Shown: one piece after another, positions 52,001-62,995 of the stretch | Layout of the letters: each line of letters opens with the position of its first letter | How positions within the stretch are numbered: position 1 is the stretch's first letter | NCBI GenBank assembly: GCA_903813345.2 | Contig: CAIIXF020000001.1 | Span: forward strand, 34,720,001 to 34,784,000 | DNA length: 64,000 nt | Direction: 5' to 3' | Source of the DNA: Owenia fusiformis | Taxonomy: Eukaryota | The notes under the pieces: generated by a model | What the model was told of the DNA's origin: nothing | The model's database searches: none | The model's input: the letters and a program-made list of their open reading frames with translations, nothing else | Position numbers and translations under genes: made by a program

Positions 52001-55000
52001 GACAATGCCAAATGAAAACATAATGCAATGGAAAGTCTCAACTAGATTTAGCTTATATCTTTCACCTTATTTATTGGACACCCTGTACATTCAAACAGAT
52101 GACTATACGAAACATATTTTTTCGATTATCAGGCTCATTGCTCACATATCACATGTTCTAATACAGGGTGGGTCAAAAAATGCAAATCATAATTTGCATA
52201 CCAAATGAAACTTGAGGTTGTTATCTAGCCATGGATCATGAATTATACACTTTTACTTGAATAAAATATGTCACAAGAGTCTCACTTAAACATTTGGTGT
52301 GCCATGAGAAATAAGCATAATTTGCAAAATGTTCCTGAACTGATACGGCCTGATGATCACCAAGCTAATAGCCCTGATGCAAACCCCAGTGAGATCAAAT
52401 ATAATCCAAGTTGAAGGACTTGTTACACTATATTATTACTAAGAACCCCTGGCACTACTTAACTGCAAAATTTGGGGTATGTAGGTTGGAAAATAAAAAA
52501 GTTGTAGTGTCTTGTAAAAAAAGTGGCGTTTTTTTGGCCCACCCTGTAGTATACCCCATGAACAGATTTTTGAAAAAAATATTTTAAGATACCGGTGATT
52601 TAATTGCTTTATTGCAAATGACACATGTTTTCTTTGATCTTGTTAGAGTCCATTTCACTGTTTTATTGCGTCAGTAGAACCCCAAAAATAAGAAATCGGG
52701 AGACCACTGTGCAATAATATATGGAAAAGTATATTCATATTGTACATGAATGGCATTTGTGTATTTCAGATTTTTTAGTTTTTTGTGCAATAAGCCTGTG
52801 CCCTCTTGTAAATTGAAGAATTTCAGCCATGTTAATTTTATTGAAAATAACATGGCAGAGAAGCATCCAAATATTAGAGGCCACACACTTTTTAAGCCAA
52901 TCTAGAAACAATCCAAGATATACAAATGTCATTCATGTACAATAGGAATATATTTTCCATATATTATTGCATAATGATATTTTGATTTCTTAATTTTTAG
53001 GGTTTACTGACGCAATTAAACAGTGAAATGAACTCTATCATTGAAAATTGAATACATGTCTGTTTAGAGGTTTGAACATGGTGCTCAGAATTATCTATGG
53101 GAACCCAGGTTGGATGTCTCTGTGGCGTAATACGTTGACACAATCGTTATAGTAAATGACAGAGTTTGTTGGAAGGTTCAGTTCAGAATGTCTTTCCAAA
53201 TAAGATTTTCTATTTTTGTAGAAGGTTCTATGTTGCACATACCTTAAGCAATACATTCAAGGCAGAATGGATTCTTGACTATAATGGCAATTTCAATATG
53301 GCCTCCTTTTTAAAACTAAAATTTTTGCTATACTTTCATATTGTGTATCTCCCACACTTAGGACCCTCTCTTATTTCATGTTTGAACCAGAACAACGGCA
53401 ACGCCAAAGCGTAGCGAATCCCATCGAACAGAATGGCTGGCATTTTTACAAACGAAGCGCAAATATCATAAAACAACACACCAGAAAGGCCACCATTTTC
53501 AAAATGGTTGCTCACTAGCCAAGTTGTCATCAGAAGAAATAATATGCTTTTAAGTAGCCACCTCTAAAATTTTTTGAAAAATCGCACACGTAAAAATGGT
53601 GGCCATTTTTCAAAATGGCCGACTACTCCCCAAAGTTTTATTAGACAATGTGCCATGCTTAAAGTATTCACATATCAAATATGAACAAAATCGCTCCACT
53701 ACTTTTCGAGTTATAGTAAAATACGTTAAAATGGCGGCCAGTTTTCAAAATTGTTTTCAAAATGGCCGCCTTCTACCAAAAGTGTCATAGGACAGTGTGC
53801 CATGCTTATAGTATTCACATACCAAATATGAACAAAATCGCTCCACTACTTTTCGAGTTATAGTAAAATACATTAAAATGGTGGCCATTTTTCAAAATTG
53901 TTTTCAAAATGGCCGCCTTCTACCAAAAGTGTCATAGGACAGTGTGCCATGCTTATAGTATTCACATACCAAATATGAACAAAATCGCTCCACTACTTTT
54001 CGAGTTATAGTAAAATACGTTAAAATGGCGGCCATTTTTCAAAATGGCCGCCTTCTACCAAAAGTGTCTTTAGACAGTGTGCAATGCTTATAGTATTCAC
54101 ACACCAAATATGAACAAAATCGCTCCACTATTTTTTGAGTTACAGCAAAAATCGTAAAATGACGAGTAAAGGCCGCCATTTTTCAAGATGGCTGCCATGT
54201 GCTTTTTAATATCTACATTTGTAGCATTATTAATGTCCTTTATACTTTTTTTACATTTAAAACATATTGCTATTACAGTTTTACATATTGCACCTAAATT
54301 ACTGTAAAATCGTCACTAAAATGGCCGCCATTTTGAAATGAGCGGCCATTTTGAAAATCGGCTTTCGAGCAGAACTTCTACCCCCATAGGGTATATGTGT
54401 ACGAAATATGAACATGAACAAAATCGGGCCAACGGTATTTGAGTTATTGCCCGGACGGACGGACAGGCGGATGGACGGACGGACGGACGGACGGACGGAC
54501 GGACGGACGTACAGACGGACGGACAGACGGAGGCGTTCCCTATATCCCACCAAACTTCGTTCGATGGGATAATTATAAAATAGTGTCAATACTTAACAAT
54601 AAAGGTAAATTCAGAGGGGGTCTGGTTTGTGGAAGTACCTCAATCTGTCAATGAATGGAGAAGGTTATTCACTGTTTACAACAAAAACACAATAGGGTGT
54701 CTTTCAATACAATAGGATTACTAACTATTCATGCATGAAAGGCACATGAAATGAAGCTTAGTAGATTAGGACACATTGTAGTTCTTATAGACAGGTTCCA
54801 ATTTCAGAATATCTCAAGGGAAAGGGTTTTTGAGGCATTTTTTAGAAAAAGCAACAGACCTATTTCTTCTGGATCAGTTTTTCATGCTGATAAAGATATT
54901 AAAAGATGACAGCTCAACGGGGTGGTCACGACAATGAATTTTAGCGTTTTTACCCCCCTAGGAAAATATTCTAGGGGGTACTATGAAACTAGTTCATAAC

Positions 55001-58000
55001 TCAAAGGATATATAAACTATTGTTCTGAGTTCTACAGCATACATTCTTAGTACAGAGATGAATACTACCCTAAAGTTATAGGTTGATATCTTTGTTGGTT
55101 TCGGAAAAATACAATTAATTAGAAAAAAATATGCAATTTTTGTCATTTTTTTCTTGCTTATTTTATATTTGTAGCTTCAAGCAAAATATGATAACTTAAA
55201 CAGCTCAAAGTAGTATTCTAACAACATTCCCGAGCTATGTGTGATATTGTAATACATCTATTATAGTGATGAAGTACTATTTTGTAATTTTAATATGACT
55301 TTATAGTGCCCTACCCCTGGTAAATAGAAGAAAGTTGGTGTGGTTTTCTTCTGGTTTTATAACATTTTATTGTCTTCTTAGTTGAAGATACAATCAATTC
55401 TGTCAGTTAACCATGAGAAGCTTTACAATGGTTAACTATTCCCATGAATAGAGGGTTGGGACCTCAAAAATACTGTTAAGTGGCATCCTTGGGCAACCCT
55501 CTTCAGAGCATTTTCCTTATACTCCGATAAAATCTGCAGGGGATACTATAAGAAACCTATATATCTAAGATACTAATGAAGATACTGAATTCAAATTTTC
55601 AGGATTTGGTCCTGGTATGATAGGTAATCTGTATGACAAAAATGAGAAAAAGAAAAAACTCTGTTGCCATAGTAACACGAATACGACACTATTTGTTTCC
55701 TAAGAAATGTGTTTTAAGAGGTTTTGTCATTCTCTTCATATTTTTAATTCTAAATATGTCTACAATGTGGGATGATTAAAATTATGGTAAAGTAATCTTT
55801 TCTATTGTTCTATTGTTCTCTAAAACAGAAGTTGCTAGGGCGACACATAGATCATATAAAAAATCCTGAGATGATCGCTCTATTTGTCAGGAAATTAAAA
55901 TGGAAACTGAAAAATGAGTTTCTTCCTACTGAATAGCAATTTGGTAGACCATGGCTGACACGCACAAGAGAAAACGCCTATCGTTCTATGTCATTTTGTT
56001 GTTATTTTTATTTATTTATCGTGCTCTGGGACTTATAACACCTAATGCCGAATCTTTTCAAACTGCAAAGGAAGGCAAGATTTTAATAATGAACATTCAT
56101 ATATCTCAACAAATATGGCCTAAGATTTGGACAATGATGATGAAACTCTGAGGGAAAATTAGACGAAACATTAATGTGAGTGGTCCAAAAATAACACTTA
56201 CATGTTTTGAAAAAGTTATGCTCTCGGGTGAATCAGTGCTAATTTAAGGATAGTCTGAATCAGGTGAATTTTTTAACCTAATTGTACTCCTCCCCCAAAA
56301 CCCCCAAATTTTGACAATTGTCGAAAAGTGGCAAACAACAATTAAACAAACATCATTAAAGTTCAATATGGCTATTTCACTTCTATGTCATAAAGATGTG
56401 GTACGATCTCAGGTCAATCAATAAAGTTCACAAGTGACACTCTATCTTATGAAGAAAATATTATTGTATTTGAAGACATGTCAAAAATTTGGTGGAAATA
56501 ATTTTGTCACTCCTGATTTGACTTTGAAAGGTTCAGGTAAGTAATCACAAATAATTTCAGACAGTTATATCTTTGATTATGACTATTTTCTGACCATGAA
56601 GACAGGTATACAGGGATAATTAAGTCAATCGGACTCAGAGATATTTCACTAGCAATCAACCCATCAATATATTTTTTCAAAGTTGTTGACCTCATTTTCA
56701 CCAAAAATGCCATCATTTTAACAATGTTAACAATTCGGTGTCTTTAAAGTCCCTGGAGCAATCCACTTTTCCTCTTAGGAAATAGAACATGTCTCAAAGC
56801 ATATTCTAATTATGCATTCGACAATATAATTAAAGGTTGCATCTTTGGTAAAAATTAGGTCAACATTTTTAGTAAAAAGTATGTTGATTGGGCCATTCCC
56901 TTTAATATCACTTAGGTCTGATTTCAATCATTATATTTACTTTTCTTGAAGATAATGAATAGATCTAAAAGATATACCCATGTTTATGGTCAGAAAATAT
57001 TCATAATTCAAGTTAGAATTGTCTGAAGTTGTTTGCGATAACCTACATGCTCCTTTATAACATTATTATGTAAATACAGTAGAACCTGTGTAAGTGGAAC
57101 ACTCTCCGTTCTGCCACAAAGCGTTCCACTTAGAAGGTGTTCCACTTATGGAGGTTTTGGGTTCGCAGGGAACATACAAGATCAAATATAGGATTTATAT
57201 GTATCATTGGAAATATGATTCTCCCTTCATTACAGGGCAGGTATATACCATTAATAATCCATTTATTTTACTCAAAAAGGTATCTGACATTCTTAATCCT
57301 CCTCATTCTGCCAAAAATGTTTTCTGACATTCTTAATCCTCCTAATTGTGCCAGTCTCGGGTACAAAGATAAGGCAATTAAGTTTTAAAGACTTGTTCCT
57401 ACTGCTAATAATTCAATTGTTTTTAAATGACATTTTTAATCTTACTTATTAAGTTTGAAACAAACAGCAAGGGATATTAATTAGTGGTAGCATCACGGGT
57501 CCAGTTCTACAGGAGGTTAATCAAATTTTCTGAATGATAATCTTATAAAATCCTAATTTGCTGATTATCAAATTAATTATTGGTTGCATCACATGTTGAC
57601 CTCTACAGGAGGTTAATCCATTAAAATCCATTTAAGTCCTAATTTGCCAATTATCATAGTATTACCTGTTTTCATACCCAGATATCATTGAAGGAGATTA
57701 ATCCTGTTTACATATATCAATATTGAAATCTATGGAAATTGACTGTTCCACTTAGCAGGTTAATTTTTCAATATGGGGTGTTCACTGTTCAAGTTTGGAG
57801 GTGTTCCACTTACAGAGGTTCAATTAACATTAAGTCAATGGGTTTTTAAAACAGGACTTTGAAAAGGCGTTCCACTTAGCAGGTTCTACTGTACATTACT
57901 TGTGCATGATGACCACCATAGTCTAGTTGCTCAAATGAGATCAATTGATGATGATAATGTTTAGACTTTATGTCAATGTCCAGACTGTATGCCAACCTCT

Positions 58001-60750
58001 ATAGTATGTGATTACACTAGATTTCATTATGATACATGTACTAAATTGAAAACTTACATATAAAATATCTTAAGTCCTATATTCTAGTAATAAATGAATT
58101 AGAATGTCACCTAACATTTGATGATGGTATGAATTTATTGATTTGGTGTCTATCAATACACGTTTCTAACTTAATGCTGCAAAATGATAAAATTCACCAC
58201 ATCCACTTTCTTCAATTTTCCAGGGGTAGGGCACTATAAAGTCATATTAAAATTACAAAATAGTACTTCATAACTAAAATAGATGTATTACAATACCACA
58301 CATAGCTTGGAAATGTTTTTAGAATACTACTATGAGCTGTTAAAGCTGTCATATTGTGCTTGAAGCTACAAATATAAAATTGGCAAGACAAAAATTGTGT
58401 ATCTTTTTCCTGTTTTTTGTATTTTTCTGAGACCAATAAGGGTATCAACCTATAACTTTAGGATAGTATTCATATTTGTACTAGCAATGTATGGTGTACA
58501 ACTCAGAACAATAGCTCATATATCCTTTGAGTTATGAACTAGTTTCATAGTACCCCCTAGAATATTTTCCTAGGGGGGTAAAAATGCCCAAATTTAGTGT
58601 CGTGACCACCCCGTTGAGCTGTCATCTTTTAATATCTTTATCAGCATGAGAAACTGATCTAGTAAAAATAGGTCTGTTGCTTTTTCTAAAAAATGCCTCA
58701 AAAACTTGAATTATTTGAATTGGAACCTGTCTATTATATTGACAAGTGAAATTACAAAACTCAAAAATTAATCAAGGTTCTGTGAAAATATGTCAAAATT
58801 ACTCATTTGAGGAGTCAACATGACATGGGAATCACTGTTAAAAACACCTTTTTACCATATTTTCCACACTATTTCAAATATTCAAATAAAAATAATTTTG
58901 GAATTCCATTTTACCCTTTTCAATAATTCTTATAGTTCTTATAGGTACACTAATAGGTACGGATCCTTTACATACCAGAGTCAGATTAAGGTGAAATCTA
59001 TATTCTAGTCTATCTTGAACCATACTTAAATCTTGATTCACAAGGTTAACGTCATTCTCCTTCATTCTGTAGTACAAGTGGAACGTGATCATGTCATCCT
59101 CTGTTAAGACATTAATTAAAAATATACGAATCGACAAATACTCACAGTCGGCAGCAGTAAAATTAGGCAGGGAATCATAACTTTTTTCTTGTGTCATAAT
59201 ATCCGTCATGATGCCAATGTAATAGGCGAAGGGTGTTGTTCTGAGGCCTTTCACTATGACATCACTTAAGTGAAAAGGATAAAGCATCAGGTGTTCCCGA
59301 CTGTATTGTAGCAGACCCTCATAGTATTTTTTCTCGTCCTTGCGTACATGGCGAACTAAAATTAAATGAAGTCAAATTGTAGATTCTACATACAGGTAAA
59401 ACATATAATCTATATGAATTGGCAAACAAATAAACAAACTCTGTGAAATTCAATTTCTCGATCAAACACTTACTAACATGTTATATGTGGTTGGATATTG
59501 GAGGTTGGAGTGTCATTTATCTCATAAGATTAAAATGTGAAAGAACAAATACCAAAAACTTTGAGATTTTTCTTTATTAAGGTGCCATGGAAGTTAACAG
59601 GAAATGACGAAACAGGAAGTGAATTTTTTTTTGCATTTTTGGACATTTTTTGAACAAAGATAACAGAGTTCTGGTTTGACCTCCAGTCAATTTAACTATT
59701 TCCACATATCATTTACATGACCAGGATCACAATGCGCATGGTCAGAATGACCCTAAACATGATGAAATAACCTTTTTAGCCCTTTGAAAGTGTGACTGAA
59801 AAAAGCTAAAAGTAGGAGCGTAGGGAAGGTCACTGAACAGAATCTTTTGAATTTTTCAGAAAATGTGCCCAATATAATGCTCTAACTAATACAATCTTTG
59901 AAATTTTAGAAAATTGTCTTAAACAAAAATGGCGGTCATAAAAAGGAAAATAGATCGCTTTTCAAATCAGTTTTTTCATTTTTTTTCTTTTCCTATGAAT
60001 GATATCAAATTTTCAAAGATTGTATCATTTAGAGCAATATATTGGGCACATTTTCTGAAAAATTCAAAAGATTCTGTTCAGTGACCTTTCCTACCCTCCT
60101 ACTTTTAGCTATTTTTCAGTCACATTTTCATAGGGCTGAAAACGTTATTTCATCATGTTTAGGGTCATTCTGACCATGAACATTGTGATCCTGGACCTGT
60201 AAATGGTATTTGGAACTAGTTGAATTGACTGGAGTTCAAAAACAGAACTCTGTTATCTTTGTTCAAAAAATGTTTAAAAATGCCAAAAAAATTGTCACTT
60301 CCTGTTTTGTCATTTCCTGTTAAGTTCCATAGCACCTTAATCAATTTATTTCAAATTCATTTTTCATTTTGTGCCATTTCATACAATAAAAATTGAACAC
60401 AGTCAACCAATTTAACATTCATGTTGAACTTTGAGATGCATCTCTAGTTAATATTACAAGCATGTGAAAAAATTACATAGTGTGGTTGATACATATTCAA
60501 GGCATTGAAGAACTCAATGTTGATCAGCATTGTAGAACTTCAGATGGAGCATCTCAACATTCTTCACCAATCAAACCCTAGCTCTTCAATTTAACTGGAG
60601 ACTGACACACACTAATACACAAGTGGACAAGTGGATTAGGAAATCAATCTCCAGATGACACCTACCTAGATTGCCTTTGTAACGCAGCTGATTTTTCACA
60701 CTAAAATTAACCACCGCCCTCTCGTATTCTCTCTGTGAGTTGCCTAGCGA
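15924..60750 (-). CDS. FAM91A1: FAM91A1, 15 exons in window (811 codons + stop); exon 1 not found
   Basis: Exons join in phase with GT-AG boundaries (2436 nt). Peptides [79 protein letters not shown] and [10 protein letters not shown] match FAM91A1. Confidence 0.95.
16397..16466 (-). CDS. FAM91A1: FAM91A1 exon
   Basis: atag|[24 protein letters not shown]|gtatgt. Confidence 0.9.
16659..17864 (-). mobile_element. Helentron-like satellite carrier, family B (copy 1, lacks 5' subTIR)
   Basis: Hairpin AGTACCCTGGGTACT, subTIR GCTCACATGGT, ~340-350-bp tandem units, GACG microsatellite. Confidence 0.8.
18063..18266. mobile_element. CAGGCCC-ended MITE with 5-bp TSD
   Basis: CAGGCCC..GGGCCTG ends, TSD CCTCT; related copies at 28854-29055 and 47424-47539. 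Confidence 0.8.
18334..18805 (-). CDS. FAM91A1: FAM91A1 exon
   Basis: ..[53 protein letters not shown] boundaries. Confidence 0.9.
19184..19253 (-). CDS. FAM91A1: FAM91A1 exon
   Basis: [23 protein letters not shown]|gtatgt. Confidence 0.88.
19656..21143 (-). mobile_element. Helentron-like satellite carrier, family A (copy 1, ~5 x 162 bp)
   Basis: On +: ACAAG end, ACACAAATGTGT hairpin, subTIR ATGYCCCCACC / GGTGGGGACAT, GACR microsatellite, 162-bp units. Confidence 0.85.
21221..21823 (-). CDS. FAM91A1: FAM91A1 exon (201 codons)
   Basis: [21 protein letters not shown]...[13 protein letters not shown]|gtgggt. Confidence 0.95.
21981..24340 (-). mobile_element. Helentron-like satellite carrier, family B (complete copy)
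   Basis: Hairpin AGTACCATGGGTACT, subTIR GCTCACATGGT / ACCATGTGAGC, ~6 units of ~340 bp, (GACG)n tract. Confidence 0.85.
24408..24496 (-). CDS. FAM91A1: FAM91A1 exon
   Basis: [30 protein letters not shown]|gtaaga. Confidence 0.93.
24871..27091 (-). mobile_element. Helentron-like satellite carrier, family A (copy 2, ~11 x 162 bp)
   Basis: Same termini as copy 1, longer array, internal ~260-bp deletion. Confidence 0.88.
27104..27225 (-). CDS. FAM91A1: FAM91A1 exon (variable acidic/Ser-Thr linker)
   Basis: tgcag|[40 protein letters not shown]|gttagt; phase-compatible with both neighbours. Confidence 0.8.
27577..27744. repeat. ~170-bp imperfect palindrome, probably part of an unclassified element extending to ~28200
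   Basis: Arms 27577-27658 and 27662-27744 around a GAA loop. Confidence 0.8.
28629..28741 (-). CDS. FAM91A1: FAM91A1 exon
   Basis: [37 protein letters not shown]. Confidence 0.92.
28854..29055. mobile_element. CAGGCC-ended MITE with 5-bp TSD
   Basis: TSD TTCTA; inverted relative to 18063-18266. Confidence 0.8.
29297..29442 (-). CDS. FAM91A1: FAM91A1 exon
   Basis: [49 protein letters not shown]. Confidence 0.95.
29835..29897 (-). CDS. FAM91A1: FAM91A1 exon
   Basis: [21 protein letters not shown]|gtaagt. Confidence 0.93.
31617..33760 (+). pseudogene. C2H2 zinc-finger array remnant split by a HINE
   Basis: [46 protein letters not shown] is restored by removing 31857-33520; third finger FK*SQC..RSH. 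Confidence 0.8.
31857..33520 (-). mobile_element. Helentron-like satellite carrier, family A (copy 3, ~6 x 162 bp)
   Basis: Same termini as copies 1 and 2; precise insertion without TSD. Confidence 0.9.
34725..34815 (-). CDS. FAM91A1: FAM91A1 exon
   Basis: [30 protein letters not shown]|gtgagt. Confidence 0.9.
35369..35485 (-). CDS. FAM91A1: FAM91A1 exon
   Basis: [39 protein letters not shown]|gtatgt. Confidence 0.93.
36737..37585 (-). mobile_element. Helentron-like satellite carrier, family C (copy 1, ~145-bp units)
   Basis: Minus-strand end CTAGTT, hairpin GCAACTCCACGGAGTAGC, subTIR ATCCCACCGAAC / GTTCGGCGGGAT, GACG tract. Confidence 0.8.
37878..37945 (-). CDS. FAM91A1: FAM91A1 exon
   Basis: [23 protein letters not shown]|gtcagt; follows a 21.2-kb intron. 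Confidence 0.95.
38825..39223. mobile_element. Foldback MITE with CAC ends and 5-bp TSD (Transib-like, or CMC-like)
   Basis: CACTGTTCCACAAC...GTTGTGGAACAGTG; ATAAT on both sides; palindromic over most of its length. Confidence 0.75.
42033..42662. mobile_element. hAT-like non-autonomous element
   Basis: TAGTG(G/T)TGTA TIRs; 8-bp TSD ATATTAAT (42025-42032, 42663-42670). Confidence 0.85.
43038..43543 (-). mobile_element. pogo/Tc1-mariner-type element, second copy
   Basis: Reverse-complement copy of 11047-11550 with TA flanks. Confidence 0.85.
44201..45276 (-). mobile_element. Helentron-like satellite carrier, family D (5'-truncated)
   Basis: AACCAG end, hairpin GCAACGCCAAAGCGTAGC, subTIR ATCCCATCGAAC, ~120-145-bp units. 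Confidence 0.8.
45916..46880 (-). mobile_element. Helentron-like satellite carrier, family C (copy 2)
   Basis: Same termini as 36737-37585. Confidence 0.8.
47424..47539. mobile_element. Short CAGGCCC-ended MITE
   Basis: TIRs as at 18063; flanks AACAT/ATCAT (4 of 5 match). Confidence 0.7.
49264..51168. mobile_element. Tc1/mariner derivative made of two inverted 3' ends, left arm interrupted by a TACCGTAG element (49385-~50305)
   Basis: TIR (C/T)AGGGTGTCTCAAAAAA with TA flanks; transposase C-terminal remnants on both strands ([37 protein letters not shown]). Confidence 0.75.
52164..52546. mobile_element. Tc1/mariner MITE
   Basis: TA-CAGGGTGGG(T/C)CAAAAAA...CCCACCCTG-TA. Confidence 0.7.
52620..53060. 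repeat. Foldback inverted repeat (MITE-like)
   Basis: 52646-52767 is the reverse complement of 52915-53035. Confidence 0.7.
53385..54572 (-). mobile_element. Helentron-like satellite carrier, family D (complete copy)
   Basis: subTIR ATCCCATCGAAC / GTTCGATGGGAT, hairpin, (GACG)n tract, ~135-148-bp units. Confidence 0.88.
54788..58733. mobile_element. Academ-like long-TIR element (~500-bp TIRs, TAG..CTA ends, 3-bp TSD)
   Basis: TAGACAGGTTCCAATT ends, TTA on both sides; empty site in the paralog at ~43750. Confidence 0.8.
57077..57891. mobile_element. pogo/Tigger-like MITE nested in the Academ-like element
   Basis: TA-CAGTAGAACCTG...CAGGTTCTACTG-TA with subterminal TTCCACTTA repeats. Confidence 0.75.
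59146..59355 (-). CDS. FAM91A1: FAM91A1 exon
   Basis: [70 protein letters not shown]|gtgagt. Confidence 0.95.
59581..60336. mobile_element. TTAA-flanked foldback element (Kolobok-like)
   Basis: TTAA|GGTGCCATGGAA...TTCCATAGCACC|TTAA; arms of ~320 bp. Confidence 0.8.
60666..60750 (-). CDS. FAM91A1: FAM91A1 exon (second coding exon by homology)
   Basis: ttcag|[28 protein letters not shown]|gtaggt. Confidence 0.92.
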
Positions 60751-62320
60751 CTGAAATAATTACAAAATGTTAAATGTCAATTTTAATCTCGATATTCTGG
60801 TTTGTTTCCACAGCAATGATCATAGACTTTCCTCTTATCAAATTCTGTTACAATTAATGGAATGCTTTGTTGCACATGTCAAGAGGGGAATGTAAATATC
60901 TGTACTGTACAGTAAATGGTTAGGGCGGGATACACATGAATACATTAGCTATATTTAAACAGGATCTTTCATTTTTTGTAGAATATACTGAACATGAAAA
61001 GCTTGGTTGACTTTCAGAAGAAGTGAGTAGCTCCCATAATTCTTTGGTATTAGGTGATTCCCCTTAGCTTTCCCTTCAAGCCTTATATGGATCTATCACA
61101 TGTATACCGCGTGACCCAATACCAATACTTAACTTTGGGAGATCTACCCCCTGGTTGACATACAAGTCAGAACTATTTTCTGTTGAGTCAAATATCTCTA
61201 CAGCCTATATTGGGCTTATTAACTTCTTGTTTCATATCGCATGGATTGTTATGAAATCAAATTCAATGTACAAACTTCTAATTTTAAAGAGGCTCTATGC
61301 CATAGGATAGCACAATCAAGACCCCTCTGGCATATTGAGTTTCACCACATATTCACAGATCTATTTACCATAGAAAAAGTACCCAATCCCCCTCTTTCAG
61401 TGTAAATTTTGTGATTGTGCTGGCCGATCTAATTATTTTTGCGGAAATTAATTCAATCTGAAGTTTGAATATACCGGGAAAGTCCTCCTGTCGTTGAATT
61501 TGTTTATCATGAACCTGATTGGCTACCTGGTTCAAGGCGCTTGTGTGACTCAATGGGAACTCCCCTCGCTAGCCGAGGAATCGATTGTGTTTAATTCTGG
61601 AGGTTGGTTGTTCTGTTGATTATTTCAATATTTCGGCAATAATATATCCAAAAGTTATTCTCAAGATATATCCATGATATGTGAGATATTACATGAGCAA
61701 TAACAATAGGACATCATTGATTGTCTGAGGGAGAAACCTATGGTATAATGCATCTTTAAATGACTATTTTCAATAACAGCATGCGTCTCTTTAATAACAA
61801 CATTTTAGGTAATACCCAACATACTACTTTGTTTCATGAGCTTTTCCTGTATCTGACAAAAATAAGACAGCCGATCTATAAAAACATGTTTGAAGGCAGA
61901 AAATTAGATAATTGATTGAATTAAAATCAGCATATAATCTATCACATTCTACAACTGATGCTTGAAACAGAAAAGGTAAAAGTAAAGATCAATACCGAAC
62001 ATCTGACAAGTAATAAATGAATGATTGAATAGGATAAAGTCTGACTTGCTGGTAGGGATCAAAGCCTTGAGATCCAAGAAATAAACTACAGTACATGTAT
62101 GTTTTAACAGAAAGTACTAATCAACACTTTACACTTAATTTACACTTTGAAAAACATCTGTTTCTATTCAGATATTTCCCTACTTATATGAAGGTACTAT
62201 GTTTGTCTTTTTAGGAACTATATTATTTAACCATTTGGGTACAGACAGTGTTTGAAACTCATACCTGCCTGACTGCCAATGGCAATTACTTTTCACTCTT
62301 GGTAAATGAATTTGGAATGA

Positions 62321-62995
62321 AAGGACCCATGGTCCGGTGCTCACACAGTTTGGAACCTTCAGAGGAATGTATATCCTGACTTTCAAACCAAAATATTGAT
62401 TTGGATTTGTGGTCTCAAACTTTGAGAAACTTAGATAGCACAGTTGTGTGACCTAGTTTGATGACCTTTGACCAAAATTTACATCCAAAAATCAGTTTGA
62501 AAAATCAACTTTTTTGACCTTTCGAAGGTCACTGAAGGTCAAGTAAAGGTCAAATCCTAAAACTAATGTCAGATTTGAACTCCTGGCAACTTGTAGATGA
62601 TTTTCAAAAAAAATTTGGTCAAATTGAAGCAAGTTGAAAAATAACTTATTTTTACTGTTTTTTTACGTCAAATATCTCAAAACTGTAAAAATTTGATGCT
62701 GACACATATTGAGCAATATGTAGGGCATGCTTAAATCTAGTAATAATGTAATTCATTGCAAGAAATGATCAAGTATAAGGCAAACTTTGAGAAACTTGTC
62801 AATCACAAAACCTGCCATTGACTTTATACATGAGAAAGTTCCCTGAAAATGACTGAGTCCTACTTTTTGTCAAATTTTATAGAGTAAACACCAAAAGCTG
62901 TAATTCCAAGAGCTTTGAAATCTTCAGAGGACATAAGTTGCATATAAAGCAACAACTACAAGTTATTTGGAAGTTCTTCTTCAACAAAGTGTCTC
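62321..62995 (-). mobile_element. Helentron-like element, family E (truncated)
   Basis: Reverse-complement match to 9720-10182, including the hairpin and subTIR GCTCACACAGT. Confidence 0.75.

Larger units (their letters stand above)
51184..58969. mobile_element. AAAGGATCC-ended repeat, copy 2, expanded by nested insertions
   Basis: Blocks collinear with 40730-44017 (51184-51940, 53290-53387, 54590-54787, 58734-58969). Confidence 0.6.

Noticed and set aside
55663..55676. RFX X-box GTTGCCATAGTAAC
   Set aside because: Single site inside a transposon with no promoter context.
55951..56151. [14 protein letters not shown] as the transposase start of the Academ-like element
   Set aside because: Short, with no recognisable domain or continuation.
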